Translations under genes and position numbers: made by a program
Notes under the pieces: generated by a model
Told to the model about the DNA's origin: nothing
The model's input: the letters and a program-made list of their open reading frames with translations, nothing else
Databases searched by the model: none
Part shown: in pieces, positions 26,707-40,800 of the stretch
How positions within the stretch are numbered: position 1 is the first letter of the stretch
Layout: every line of letters starts with the position of its first letter
NCBI GenBank assembly: GCA_964016885.1
Contig: OZ024748.1
Span: forward strand, 21,638,001-21,702,000
Origin: Eledone cirrhosa
Lineage: Eukaryota
DNA: 64,000 bases
Direction: 5' to 3'

Positions 26707-28353
26707 CATCATCATCATCATCATCATCATCATCGTTTAACGTCCCTGTTCCACGCTTGCATGGGTTTGGACGGGGGTATTTCCCACTTGAGGCAAGAGT
26801 GGTTGTCTTGCTCGCATAGGACTGTCTGGCAGGTTTTCTACAGTTGGATGCCCTTCCTAACACCAACCACATTTACAGTGTGGGACTGGGAGGTTTTTAC
26901 CGTGTTGCCTACACGGTCACATTACAGCGTGGACTGTGTGTTTTTTTGTCGTGACACCTACACGATCTCGTTTGTTTCGGCCTGGATGTTGTGGCACCAA
27001 CATAACTTTGCATTGAAGGGGGCGGTGTGGATGGGGTGGGACGGGGGTGTATTTTGTTAGAGATGCCTACTGACTAGTAGGTTTTACTTTGTATTTAGGT
27101 AAGGCGGGTCTTCTCTGTTACTGAGTACCGCCAAAGGTCTCGGTCCAGTGACATTGTCTTGGAGAGGTGTAAGTGTGTGAGGTCGGAATTTATCAGCTTG
27201 TCACAGGTTTTCCTGGGTCTGCCTACTCCGTGGCTACCATCTATCTTTATTGCCCTGCACTTTGTTATACAGCTGTCGTCTTTCATGCGCATCACGTGAC
27301 CATACCAACGTAGCCTTCTCTCGAGTAAACAACATCTGATCCCTCTTATTTCTAATTTTTTCCTTAGTTCGTTTATGCTTTGCCGTTCACGTATATTACT
27401 ATTACACATCCAGCGGAGCATGCAAGCTTCGTTCCTCTCTAGTCTGCGTATATCCTCTGCACACAATGCCCAAGTCTGTACTGCCATGCAACATTGCTGT
27501 TCGTATGCAGGCATCATACAACCTGCCTTTCATTTTTAGGGAGAACCCTTTAGCGGCTAATAGTGGTATAAGCTCTCTGAACTTTTTCCATCCAGTTCTG
27601 ACTCTAGCTACTGTACTTTCAGAGCACCCTCCCCCACTGCTGATTTTGTCACCCAGGTAACGGAAGCTGTCCACTATTTCTATAGAACCCTCTGCGCAAT
27701 TGAAAGAGTTAGTATTTTGTGGGCACTTGCTGCTACTTATTGCACCAGAGCACCGGCCACATGTAAAATCTGTGTTCTTAGTTAGCTTACCTGTGATCCC
27801 ACTACATCTTTTATGCACCCATACTTTGCATTTGGGACATAAAATGGAGTTTCTACCTACGCCTTTCCTACACACTGAGCATGGCCATTTCCCGGAGGGG
27901 ACCGGCGCCTTATTTTCTTCCCTACAAACTAGAACTTTAGTCTTAGCCAGGTTAATTTTAAGGCCTTTTGATTCTAGGCCGTGCTTCCATGTTTGGAATT
28001 TCTTCTCTAGATCGGCCATTGATTCAGGTATGAGCGTTAGATCATCTGCGTATAGGAGTTCCCATGGGCAGCCGGTCTTGAACTCCTCTGTTATAGCCTG
28101 AAGGGCAATAATAAATAGTAGGGGGCTAAGAACAGAGCCCTGAATGACACCAACTTTTACGCTAAACTCTTCACTATATTCGTTGTTAATTCTAACCTTG
28201 CTGACTGTTTCTTTATACATGGCTTGTATGGCTCTAACAAGCCATTCGTCAACACCTAGTTTTCTAAGAGCCCACCAGATAATGGAACGGGGGACTCTGT
28301 CGAAGGCTTTCTCCAAGTCGACAAAAGCTAAGTATAGGGGTTTACTTTTAGCT

Positions 28354-28356
<3 letters not shown>
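26707..28356 (-). mobile_element. 5'-truncated RTE-clade LINE (one frameshift near 27475) within (TA)n
   Basis: ORFs 27402-28427 and 27095-27517 give RT, PHD finger and C-terminus; (GAT)n tail. Confidence 0.93.
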
Positions 28357-28406
<50 letters not shown>

Positions 28407-28509
28407 CATCATCATTTTTATGTCCACATTTCCATGGGTTGGACAGTATGTTATTATACAACATTTTACAGCTGGATGTTGGATATATATAAATGTATTT
28501 ATCTCTCTC

Positions 28510-28550
<41 letters not shown>

Positions 28551-28551
<1 letters not shown>

Positions 28552-28850
28552 AAGGCACATGACTTAGAGGTGAGAGCGTTGGGCTTGCAATCGTGAAGTT
28601 GTGAGTTCGATTCCTGGATCGGGTGATACATTGTCTTTGAGCAAGACACTTTATTTTACGTTGCTCAAGTTCACTCAGCTGTAGAAATGAGTTGCGATGT
28701 CACTAGTGCCAAGCTATATCGGCCATTGCCTTTCCTTTGAATAACAACTGTGACATGGAGAGAGGAGGCTGGTATGCATGGTTGACTGCTGGTCTTCCAC
28801 AAAAAACACCTTGCCCAGACTTGTACCTCAGACGGTCTTTACCCTGTGTG
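28551..28850 (+). mobile_element. tRNA-derived CORE-type SINE
   Basis: gagttcgattcc B-box; ttgtctttgagcaagacactt core; 3' end approximate. Confidence 0.7.
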
Positions 28851-29083
28851 TATTTATATATATATACATATATGTACATGTATTACTTTGTTATTTTTCT
28901 AAATTTCCTCAAAATTTGAGGTTATTTTCAAAATTATTTTTAAATATGTTTGTTTTGTTTGTGGTAATTCAAAGGTTAATCATTAATGTATAAAAAAAAT
29001 TAAAATTAAAATAATTTGCTTCTTTTTTTTTTCAGACATATATATGTATAATATTACAAATTGTAATTATTCTTTTATTTCAG

Positions 29084-29413
29084 AAATTTTCCTCTGAGAA
29101 AAAATCAATCCCCACTGAATTATCGGTGACTAACCAAACAATAATCTATAAATTGTTCCGAGGGTTGTACCAATCATCTTTAACGTGTTTAAGATGTAGA
29201 AGACAAAGCAACACATATGATCCATATTTGTGTCTCTCTCTACCCTTACCTCAGATTCGTAACAGAGCAATATATATTACCATTGTATATTTAGATCCTA
29301 ATGTGACTTTTAAAAGAATCGGAATTCTAATGAAAAATACTGAAAGTTTGGGGGATTTAAGGCAATATTTGTCCGAGTTACCATCACATTATCCAGCCAT
29401 TCCCAGAACAAAA
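29084..29413 (+). CDS. USP31: USP31/USP43-like coding exon 2
   Basis: tttcag acceptor; KFSSEK..LFRGLYQSSLTCLRCRRQSNTYDPYLCLSLPLPQ..; GTAAGT donor; 330 nt, phase 0-0. Confidence 0.9.
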
Positions 29414-29435
29414 GTAAGTATTATTTCATTTTAAC

Positions 29436-29624
29436 GGCAGGGCGGTGGATTGGCAGTATCGGTAGAGAGTCGGACGCCATGCTTTCCAGCATAGTTACGT
29501 CCCTTTACGATCTGAGTTCAAATCCCGCCGTGGTTGACTTTGCCTTTCATCCTTACGGGGTCGATAAAATAAAGTACAAGTAATGTACTGGGTAATTGCT
29601 GGCGTTATGCCTAAAGTAGAAACA
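29436..29624 (+). mobile_element. Full-length tRNA-derived SINE (Deu/Nin-like domain) with 16-bp TSD
   Basis: ATTATTTCATTTTAAC at 29420-29435 and 29625-29640; A and B boxes. Confidence 0.9.
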
Positions 29625-29879
29625 ATTATTTCATTTTAACCCTTTTCATATGAAACTGTCTGAAACCACATCTAGTTCTATCATACAGAACTGTTTATTT
29701 AAAACTGTTTATCATCATTATCATTTTTACATCTACTTCCTACGCTGGTATGGGCTGGACATGTTGTCACAGTCCAAGACCAGACATGTTGGATAGACCA
29801 GTTCCTACTTATATATTCCATATTTGGTGTGACTTCTATGACTGGACACCTATCCTAACATCAATTACCATACGGGCTG

Positions 29880-30203
29880 TACTGGTGTGTTTTATCATAG
29901 CACTAGTACTACCACTTACAGTGTGTACTTGGTGCATTTTATTGTAGCATCAGTACTACCACTTTACAGAGTGTACTGGGTGTGTTTTATTGTAACACCT
30001 GTACTACCACTACAGAGTGTACTGGGTGTATTTTATTGTGACACCAGTATGGCCACTTTCCAGAGTGTACTGGGTGCATCTTATTGTGACACCAGTACTA
30101 CCACTTTACTGAGTGTACTGGGTGTATTGTATTGTAGCACCAGTACTACTACTTTACTGAATGTACTTTATTGTAGCACCAGTACTACCACTTTACAGTG
30201 TAC
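29880..30203. repeat. 48-bp minisatellite derived from an RTE 3' UTR
   Basis: gtactaccactttacagagtgtactgggtg.. units; preceded by an RTE-like 3' terminus at about 29710. Confidence 0.8.
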
Positions 30204-31159
30204 TAGAGAGATTTGTTACTTACCCTCATCCAGATTGAAGGGTCTTCTCAAACCCTATACCATCTCTGTTTATTTGCCAACATTGTACCCTCCAGTACCT
30301 ACATTTACATTTTGTGTCATAGTACTTGTACTATCTAAAACACCATTTATCATAATTTTATGTAAGACCTTTTGCTAAGTGATGTTTAAAACATTACAAT
30401 TCAATGGTTATTATTAGTACTTAATTGATAATTAAGCAATCAACTTCAAGTATTGTGTGACCAGCATATATCTCTCTCAAGGACAATAATGACTTACTGA
30501 CCTAAATATCATGTATTTTATGGTTATCGCAAATAACTTCCCAAACCAGATATCAAATTGTGTTGATTATTATATATAATCTATTAATTCTGATTTATAT
30601 ATTAACTCTTTTTGTTAATTTGAATAGCAATAAACCATTGCCATCACCGTCATCATCAACGTCAGTTATTTTCCCTGCTAGCAAGAGTTGGAGGTGCCAT
30701 CATATATCAAATCAGTATTTAATCAGTGTTATTGACTTCTTAGACAGGCTGGGTCCCACATCTCGTTTACATATGTTCCAACACTACACTATACACCAGA
30801 TACATTTTATTATGGCACCAACATTAGGGAAGTTGTCAGGTCTTTGACACAATTGAAGGGTCCTCTCTACTAACTGACTTACAGAGTGTATCTGGTACAT
30901 TTTATCATGTTACCAACATTATTTTCCATGATTATTTTTTAAATTCCTCAAAAAGTATTAAAAGTAGAAGAATAGAAGGAATATTTACCTTTTCTTCAAA
31001 TGTTTTCGATCAATTCACCTTTTAACAAATTTGTTGTTGTTATTCTTCTAAGAATATGTTTTTGTACAAATATGTCTTCTGTTCTGTTAATTTATATTTA
31101 GGCCAATATGCTTTCAACAGATATAAGGTGATTGTGCTGGTGTCACAATATGAAACCAC

Positions 31160-31682
31160 CTAGTCCACCCTGTGAGGTGGCCATGCTAGTGACATGACAA
31201 AAAGTACCCACTTCACCCTGTTAAATGGTAGTGTTCGTGCCATGACAAAAAGCACCCAGTCCACCCTGTAAAGTGGTAATGTTGGTGCCATGACAAAAAG
31301 CACCTAGTCCACCCTGTAAAGTGGTTTTGTTGGTGCCATGTCAAACAACACCCAGTCCACTCTGTAAAATGGTTGTGTTGGTGCCATAACAAACAACACT
31401 CAGTCCACCCTGTAAAGTGGTTGTGCTGGTTTCATGACAAACAACACCCAGTCCACCCTGTAAAGTGGTAGTGTTGGTGCCATGACAAACAATACCCAGT
31501 CCACTCTGTAAAGTGGTAGTCTTGGTGCCATGACAAACAACACCCAGTCCACCCTGTAAAGTGGTAGTGTTGGTGCCATGACAAACAACACCCAGTCCAC
31601 TCTGTAAAGTGGTAGTGTTGGTGCCATGACAATCAACATCTGGTCCACTCTGTAAAGTGGTTGTGTTGGTGCCATGACAAAA
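31160..31682. repeat. 48-bp minisatellite, about 11 copies, inverted relative to the 29880 array
   Basis: atgacaaacaacacccagtccaccctgtaaagtggtagtgttggtgcc units; 16-aa periodic ORFs. Confidence 0.9.
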
Positions 31683-31898
31683 AAAACATCCTGTGGTCAC
31701 CTCACCAGTAAAACTTGACACATATTTGTATATTGAAAACAAGATCGTTAAGGAATGTTGACTATAGACTATGGAATGTCTATAGACATTGTTACAAAGG
31801 AATGTTTGATGCATTACACAGCAGACATACATGTGGATAAACTCTGAGCAGCATGGCTGTATAAGGTTACAGTCAATGGATTACAGATAGATGCTTAA

Positions 31899-32133
31899 CA
31901 CTTTCATGACCGTATTTCTAATTTTAATTAATTAATGAAGTATTTTCAAGAATTTACAAAAATTATTAATTATTTCATTACTAAGATGTAATGTAAGATT
32001 CTTATATTACTTAATGTAAAACTCTTATATAAAATTATGTTGAAAGATTTTAATCTAAATTGGAAACCTTTAAAATGGGTGATTTTGTTTCATAGAACCA
32101 GAGTTGGTTTTGGCTGGATTGGTAACTAAAGGG
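31899..32133. mobile_element. piggyBac-type MITE family B
   Basis: TTAA..actttc / aaaggg-TTAA; related copies at about 25060-25246 and 25731-25955. Confidence 0.55.
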
Positions 32134-32218
32134 TTAAATAATTGTTCAAGAAATTGGGTGTCAACCATGATAATAGACTGAGTATCAGACTTTGTAACCT
32201 AATTGTTTGATGTATGTA

Positions 32219-32252
<34 letters not shown>

Positions 32253-32600
32253 ATCATCATCATCATGATATATATATATATATACTTGCAAGCAGGGAAA
32301 AGCGGGCGTAAAATGAAATGAAATGAAATGATGTATATGTGTGTGTGATATATATATCCATTGATTTAGAATTTACTATCAACCATAAAAATAGGCTGAG
32401 TGTCAAATTTTATATCCTGTTTACGTTTGCTGACATAAAAAAGATGATGATATATATATATTTAAATAAATATATGATCTATTTCTTTGGAAACTCTTGG
32501 CACAATATACATATATATATAAATAGTTGTGGTGGATATGTGGATATAGGTGTGGTGGGTGTATATATATATAGGTGTGGAGGGTATATATATATATATA

Positions 32601-33374
32601 TCATCATCATCATCATCATCAACGTTTAACGTCCGTGTTCCATGCTTGCATGGGTTTGGATGGGGGTAGTCCCACTTGAGGCAAGAGTGATTGTCTTGCT
32701 CGCATAGGACTGACTGGCAGGTTTTCTACAGTTGGATGCCCTTCCTAACACCAACCACATTTACAGTGTGGGTCTGGGAGGTTTTTACCGTGTTGCCTAC
32801 ACGGCCACATTACAGCGTGGACTGTGTGTTTTTTTGTCGTGACACCTACACGATCTCATTTGTTTCGGCCTGGATGGTGTGGCACCAACATAACTTTACA
32901 TAGAACGGGGGGGGGGGGGGTATTTTGTTAGAGATGCCTACTGGCTGTAGTAGGTTTTACTATGTATTTAGGTAAGGCGGGTCTTCTCTGTTACTGAGTA
33001 CCGCCAAAGGTCTCGGTCCAGTGACATTGTCTTGGAGAGGTGTAAGTGTGTGAGGTCGGAGTTTATCAGCTCGTCCCAGGTTTTTCTAGGTCTGCCTATT
33101 CCGTGGCTACTGTCTATCTTTATTGCCCTGCACTTTGTTATACAGCTATCGACTTTCATGCGCATCACGTGTCCATACCAGTGTAGCCTTCTCTCGAGTA
33201 AACAACATCTGATCCCTCTTATTTCTAATTTTGTCCTTAGTTCGTTTATGCTTTGCCGTTCACGTATATTACTATTACACATCCAGCGGAGCATGCAAGC
33301 TTCGTTCCTCTCTAGTCTGCGTATATCCTCTGCACACAATGCCCAGGTCTCACTGCCATGCAACATTGCTGTTC

Positions 33375-33376
<2 letters not shown>
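32601..33376 (-). mobile_element. 5'-truncated RTE-clade LINE within (TA)n, same subfamily as the 26707 copy
   Basis: IRTAMLHGSETW..RYSVTEKTRLT nearly identical to the 27095 ORF; (GAT)n tail. Confidence 0.92.
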
Positions 33377-33413
<37 letters not shown>

Positions 33414-33663
33414 TGTGTCCAAACAAAAGGAGAGAGCAATCGTCACACAATGTGGAATTTGAGAGTATGTATATTAACAGTTTGACATTTGAGAAAGAAA
33501 GTAAAATAAGAAATGTGGTAGAAAGATTGGATTGATAGATATAGAGTGTTAGAGAGAGTGAGAGAGTGATTGACAGATAGATAGGGAGAGAGATTGATAG
33601 GGTGAGATTTAGAGAGTGAAAGAGATAGATTGATAGGTTGTGTTAAGAGTGGTAGACTGATAG

Positions 33664-34405
33664 ATATCTTTCTTTATTTACCACAGGGGCGTACAAAAAT
33701 GGGACATTACAAGACGTGACGGCGGGGTTTTACATAAAAATAACTTTAACATTAATAAATAACAATAAACTATATATAATAAAATAACAATTGAAATCCC
33801 CAATAGGGGGGAACGTTGCTGCAGGGTTGTTTTACACCCCCGTGGATAGAACAACCCTCAACAGCAGGAACACGTTTTGTAGGTCTTCCTGTCTTCCCTC
33901 TGTTTGACTTCCTCAACCAACAGGTTTATATACAGAGAAGGCCCATTCACTCGGGCCATTTTCACCACATTCACCCACCTTTCAGTGAATTTACTGGGGT
34001 GTAGCACCTCTCTCTCTCCATGCTCACCTTTCTTCTGAAGTGGTACTTAAAGAAGGGGATAAGTTGTTGTCCGGAGAGAAAGGTGTTTGCCCTCAGTCCT
34101 TTTAACCTCGTCCACCATATTACCTCTTTCGCCATAGCCACCAGACAGAGGAAAACCGCTTCTCCTTCGTTCTTAAATGAAGGCGGCGGGGTGATCTTCA
34201 CGATGTACTCGGCTGACAACTGGATGCGTCCCACACGTGACAGCAGCTGTTCGACATAATTCCACAGGTTGGTCACCCCTGGGCACTGAACAATTGTGTG
34301 CAGAACGGTTTTGATGTCCTGCTCGCATCTTGGACAGGTCTTCTGGCAGGATCTCTGCCAGGGCGTCCATGCCTGTAGATTTTGTCTCGAACTGGTAGAG
34401 CTCCT
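33664..34405 (-). mobile_element. Tx1/L1-clade LINE 3' fragment in a GA/GATA-rich tract
   Basis: Minus-strand KTCPRCEQDIKTVLHTIVQCP (C-x2-C-x8-H-x4-C) then LW..AKEVIWWTR; AATAAA near the 3' end; frameshifted. Confidence 0.7.
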
Positions 34406-34847
34406 CAGATAGGGAGAAAGAGGGTATCTGGTAAGGAGAGAGAGAGATTGATAGATAGAGTGAGAGAGAGGGGGCTCAGTTTGACATGCCTGTTGTAAGA
34501 AGTGACTAAAAGGGTTAATAGCAGGAAGGGCATCTTGCTGTAAAACTTTGCCTCAGAAAGTCTCACCCAACCCAAGCCAGCATGGGAAAAGTCAATGTAA
34601 AAAAATTGATAGTGATGACGATGATGGTGATAGTTTGAAATAAACAAGTTGGTGTGATTGAGGGAGGAGCGGTGGTTTTAAATGGGTTGTTAATGAAAGG
34701 GTTAAAATTAAATTATTTTCAGATTGTTCATCAATGTTTAGAAAGAGTTTAGTGTATGTATTATACTGTCAGTGAGGTTGGGGAGAACAAATCAATGTTC
34801 AGTGGTGTAGGAAATGTCATTCAAAGCAGCTTTTCTCTAGCAGCTTT

Positions 34848-37800
34848 GTCACAGATATAGATATATACACACATACACACACACTATCACAGATATATAT
34901 AGATATATACACATATATACACACACACTATCACAGATATATATAGATATATACACATATATACACACACACTATCACAGATATATATAGATATATACAC
35001 ACACACTATCACAGATATATATAGATATATACACATATATACACACACACTATCACAGATATATATATATACACATATATACACACACGCTATCACAGAT
35101 ATAGATATATACACAACACATACACACACACACTATCACAGATATATATATACACATATACACACACACTATCACAGATATATATAGATATATACACACA
35201 TACACACACACACTATCACAGATATATATAGATATATACACACACACTATTACAGATATATATAGATATATACACATACACTATTACAGATATATACACA
35301 CACTATCACAGTTACATACACACTATCACAGTTACATACACACACTATCACAGTTACATACACACTATCACAGTTACATACACACAGTATCACAGTTACA
35401 TACACACTATCACAGTTACATACACACTATCACAGTTACATACACACTATCACAGTTATATACACACGCTATCACAGTTACATACAAACAGTATCACATT
35501 TACATACACACACTATCACAGTTACATACACACACTATCACAGTTACATACACACTATCACAGTTACATACACACTATGACAGTTACATACACACTATCA
35601 CAGTTACATACACACTATCACAGTTACATACACACACTATCACAGTTACATATACACTATCACAGTTACATACACACACTATCACAGTTACATACACACA
35701 CTATCACAGTTATATACACACACTATCACAGTTACATACACACACTATCAGAGTTACATACACACACTATCACAGTTATATACACACTATCACAGTTACA
35801 TACACACACTATCACAGTTATATACACACAGTATCACAGTTACATACACACACTATCACAGTTACATACACACACTATCACAGTTATATACACACAGTAT
35901 CACAGTTACATACACACTATCACAGTTACATACACACTATCACAGTTACATACACACACTATCACAGTTACATACACACTATCACAGTTACATACACACA
36001 CTATCACAGTTACATACACACTATCACAGTTACATACACACTATCACAGTTACATACACACACTATCACAGTTACATACACACAGTATCACAGTTACATA
36101 CACACTATCACAGTTACATACACACACTATCACAGTTACATACACACAGTATCACAGTTACATACACACTATCACAGTTACATACACACTATCACAGTTA
36201 CATACACACACTATCACAGTTACATACACACAGTATCACAGTTACATACACACTATCACAGTTACATACACACTATCACAGTTACATACACACACTATCA
36301 CAGTTACATACACACTATCACAGTTACATACACACACTATCACAGTTACATACACACTATCACAGTTACATACACACACTATCACAGTTACATACACACA
36401 GTATCACAGTTACATACACACTATCACAGTTACATACACACACTATCACAGTTACATACACACACTATCACAGTTACATACACACTATCACAGTTACATA
36501 CACACACTATCACAGTTACATACACACTATCACAGTTACATACACACACTATCACAGTTACATACACACAGTATCACAGTTACATACACACTATCACAGT
36601 TACATACACACTATCACAGTTACATACACACACTATCACAGTTACATACACACTATCACAGTTACATACACACTATCACAGTTACATACACACACTATCA
36701 CAGTTACATACACACTATCACAGTTACATACACACACTATCACAGTTACATACACACTATCACAGTTACATACACACACTATCACAGTTACATACACACT
36801 ATCACAGTTACATACACACACTATCACAGTTATATACACACAGTATCACAGTTACATACACACTATCACAGTTACATACACACTATCACAGTTACATACA
36901 CACTATCACAGTTATATACACATGCTATCACAGTTACATACAAACAGTATCACATTTACATACACACACTATCACAGTTACATACACACTATCACAGTTA
37001 CATACACACTATCACAGTTACATACACACTATCACAGTTACATACACACTATCACAGTTACATACACACACTATCACAGTTACATACACACTATCACAGT
37101 TATATACACACACTATCACAGTTACATACAAACAGTATCACATTTACATACTCACACTATCACAGTTACATACACACTATCACAGTTACATACACACTAT
37201 CACAGTTACATACACACTATCACAGTTACATACACACTATCACAGTTACATATACACTATCACAGTTACATACACACACTATCACAGTTACATACACACA
37301 CTATCACAGTTATATACACACACTATCACAGTTACATACACACACTATCAGAGTTACATACACACACTATCACAGTTATATACACACTATCACAGTTACA
37401 TACACACACTATCACAGTTATATACACACAGTATCACAGTTACATACACACACTATCACAGTTACATACACACACTATCACAGTTATATACACACAGTAT
37501 CACAGTTACATACACACTATCACAGTTACATACACACACTATCACAGTTACATACACACACTATCACAGTTACATACACACTATCACAGTTACATACACA
37601 CACTATCACAGTTATATACACACAGTATCACAGTTATATACACACACTATCACAGTTACATACACACTATCACAGTTACATACACACACTATCACAGTTA
37701 CATACACACTATCACAGTTACATACACACTATCACAGTTACATACACACTATCACAGTTACATACACACACTATCACAGTTACATACACACTATCACAGT

Positions 37801-40800
37801 TTCATACACACTATCACAGTTACATACACACACTATCACAGTTACACACACACTATCAGAGTTACATACACACACTATCACAGTTACATACACACACTAT
37901 CACAGTTACATACACACACTATCACAGTTACATACACACACTATCACAGTTACATACACACACTATCACAGTTACATACACACACTATCACAGTTACATA
38001 CACACACTATCACAGTTACATACACACACTATCACAGTTACATACACACTATCACAGTTACATACACACTATCACAGTTACATACACACACTATCACAGT
38101 TACATACACACACTATCACAGTTACATACACACAGTATCACAGTTACATACACACTATCACAGTTACATACACACACTATCACAGTTACATACACACTAT
38201 CACAGTTACATACACACACTATCACAGTTACATACACACTATCACAGTTACATACACACACTATCACAGTTACATACACACACTATCACAGTTATATACA
38301 CACACTATCACAGTTACATACACACACTATCACAGTTATATACACACACTATCACAGTTACATATACACACTATCACAGTTACATACACACACTATCACA
38401 GTTATATACACACACTATCACAGTTACATACACACACTATCACGGTTATATACACACTATCACAGTTACATACACACACTATGACAGTTATATACACACA
38501 GTATCACAGTTACATACACACACTATCACAGTTACATACACACTATCACAGTTACATACACACTATCACAGTTACATACACACACTATCACAGTTACATA
38601 CACACTATCACAGTTACATACACACTATCACAGTTACATACACACACTATCACAGTTACATACACACTATCACAGTTACATACACACACTATCACAGTTA
38701 CATACACACTATCACAGTTACATACACACTATCACAGTTACATACACACACTATCACAGTTACATACACACACTATCACAGTTACATACACACTATCACA
38801 GTTACATACACACTATCACAGTTACATACACACTATCACAGTTACATACACACTATCACAGTTACATACACACACTATCACAGTTACATACACACTATCA
38901 CAGTTACATACACACTATCACAGTTACATACACACACTATCACAGTTACATACACACTATCACAGTTACATACACACTATCACAGTTACATACACACACT
39001 ATCACAGTTACATACACACACTATCACAGTTACATACACACACTATCACAGTTACATACACACTATCACAGTTACATACACACTATCACAGTTACATACA
39101 CACACTATCACAGTTACATACACACTATCACAGTTACATACACACACTATCACAGTTACATACACACACTATCACAGTTACATACACACACTATCACAGT
39201 TACATACACACTATCACAGTTACATACACACTATCACAGTTACATACACACACTATCACAGTTACATACACACACTATCACAGTTACATACACACTATCA
39301 CAGTTACATACACACACTATCACAGTTACATACACACACTATCACAGTTACATACACACACTATCACAGTTACATACACACTATCACAGTTACATACACA
39401 CACTATCACAGTTACATACACACACTATCACAGTTACATACACACTATCACAGTTACATACACACTATCACAGTTACATACACACTATCACAGTTACATA
39501 CACACACTATCACAGTTACATACACACAGTATCACAGTTACATACACACTATCACAGTTACATACACACTATCACAGTTACATACACACACTATCACAGT
39601 TACATACACACTATCACAGTTACATACACACACTATCACAGTTACATACACACTATCACAGTTACATACACACACTATCACAGTTACATACACACAGTAT
39701 CACAGTTACATACACACTATCACAGTTACATACACACACTATCACAGTTACATACACACACTATCACAGTTACATACACACTATCACAGTTACATACACA
39801 CACTATCACAGTTACATACACACTATCACAGTTACATACACACAGTATCACAGTTACATACACACTATCACAGTTACATACACACTATCACAGTTACATA
39901 CACACACTATCACAGTTACATACACACTATCACAGTTACATACACACACTATCACAGTTACATACACACTATCACAGTTACATACACACACTATCACAGT
40001 TACATACACACTATCACAGTTACATACACACACTATCACAGTTATATACACACAGTATCACAGTTACATACACACTATCACAGTTACATACACACTATCA
40101 CAGTTACATACACACTATCACAGTTATATACACACGCTATCACAGTTACATACAAACAGTATCACATTTACATACACACACTATCACAGTTACATACACA
40201 CTATCACAGTTACATACACACTATCACAGTTACATACACACTATCACAGTTACATACACACTATCACAGTTACATACACACACTATCACAGTTACATACA
40301 CACTATCACAGTTATATACACACACTATCACAGTTACATACAAACAGTATCACATTTACATACTCACACTATCACAGTTACATACACACTATCACAGTTA
40401 CATACACACTATCACAGTTACATACACACTATCACAGTTACATACACACTATCACAGTTACATACACACTATCACAGTTACATACACACACTATCACAGT
40501 TACATACACACACTATCACAGTTATATACACACACTATCACAGTTACATACACACACTATCAGAGTTACATACACACACTATCACAGTTATATACACACT
40601 ATCACAGTTACATACACACACTATCACAGTTATATACACACAGTATCACAGTTACATACACACACTATCACAGTTACATACACACACTATCACAGTTATA
40701 TACACACAGTATCACAGTTACATACACACTATCACAGTTACATACACACACTATCACAGTTACATACACACACTATCACAGTTACATACACACTATCACA

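Noticed and set aside
29436-29530. tRNA gene candidates from A/B boxes
   Set aside because: They are SINE heads continuing into shared SINE bodies with TSDs; no full cloverleaf
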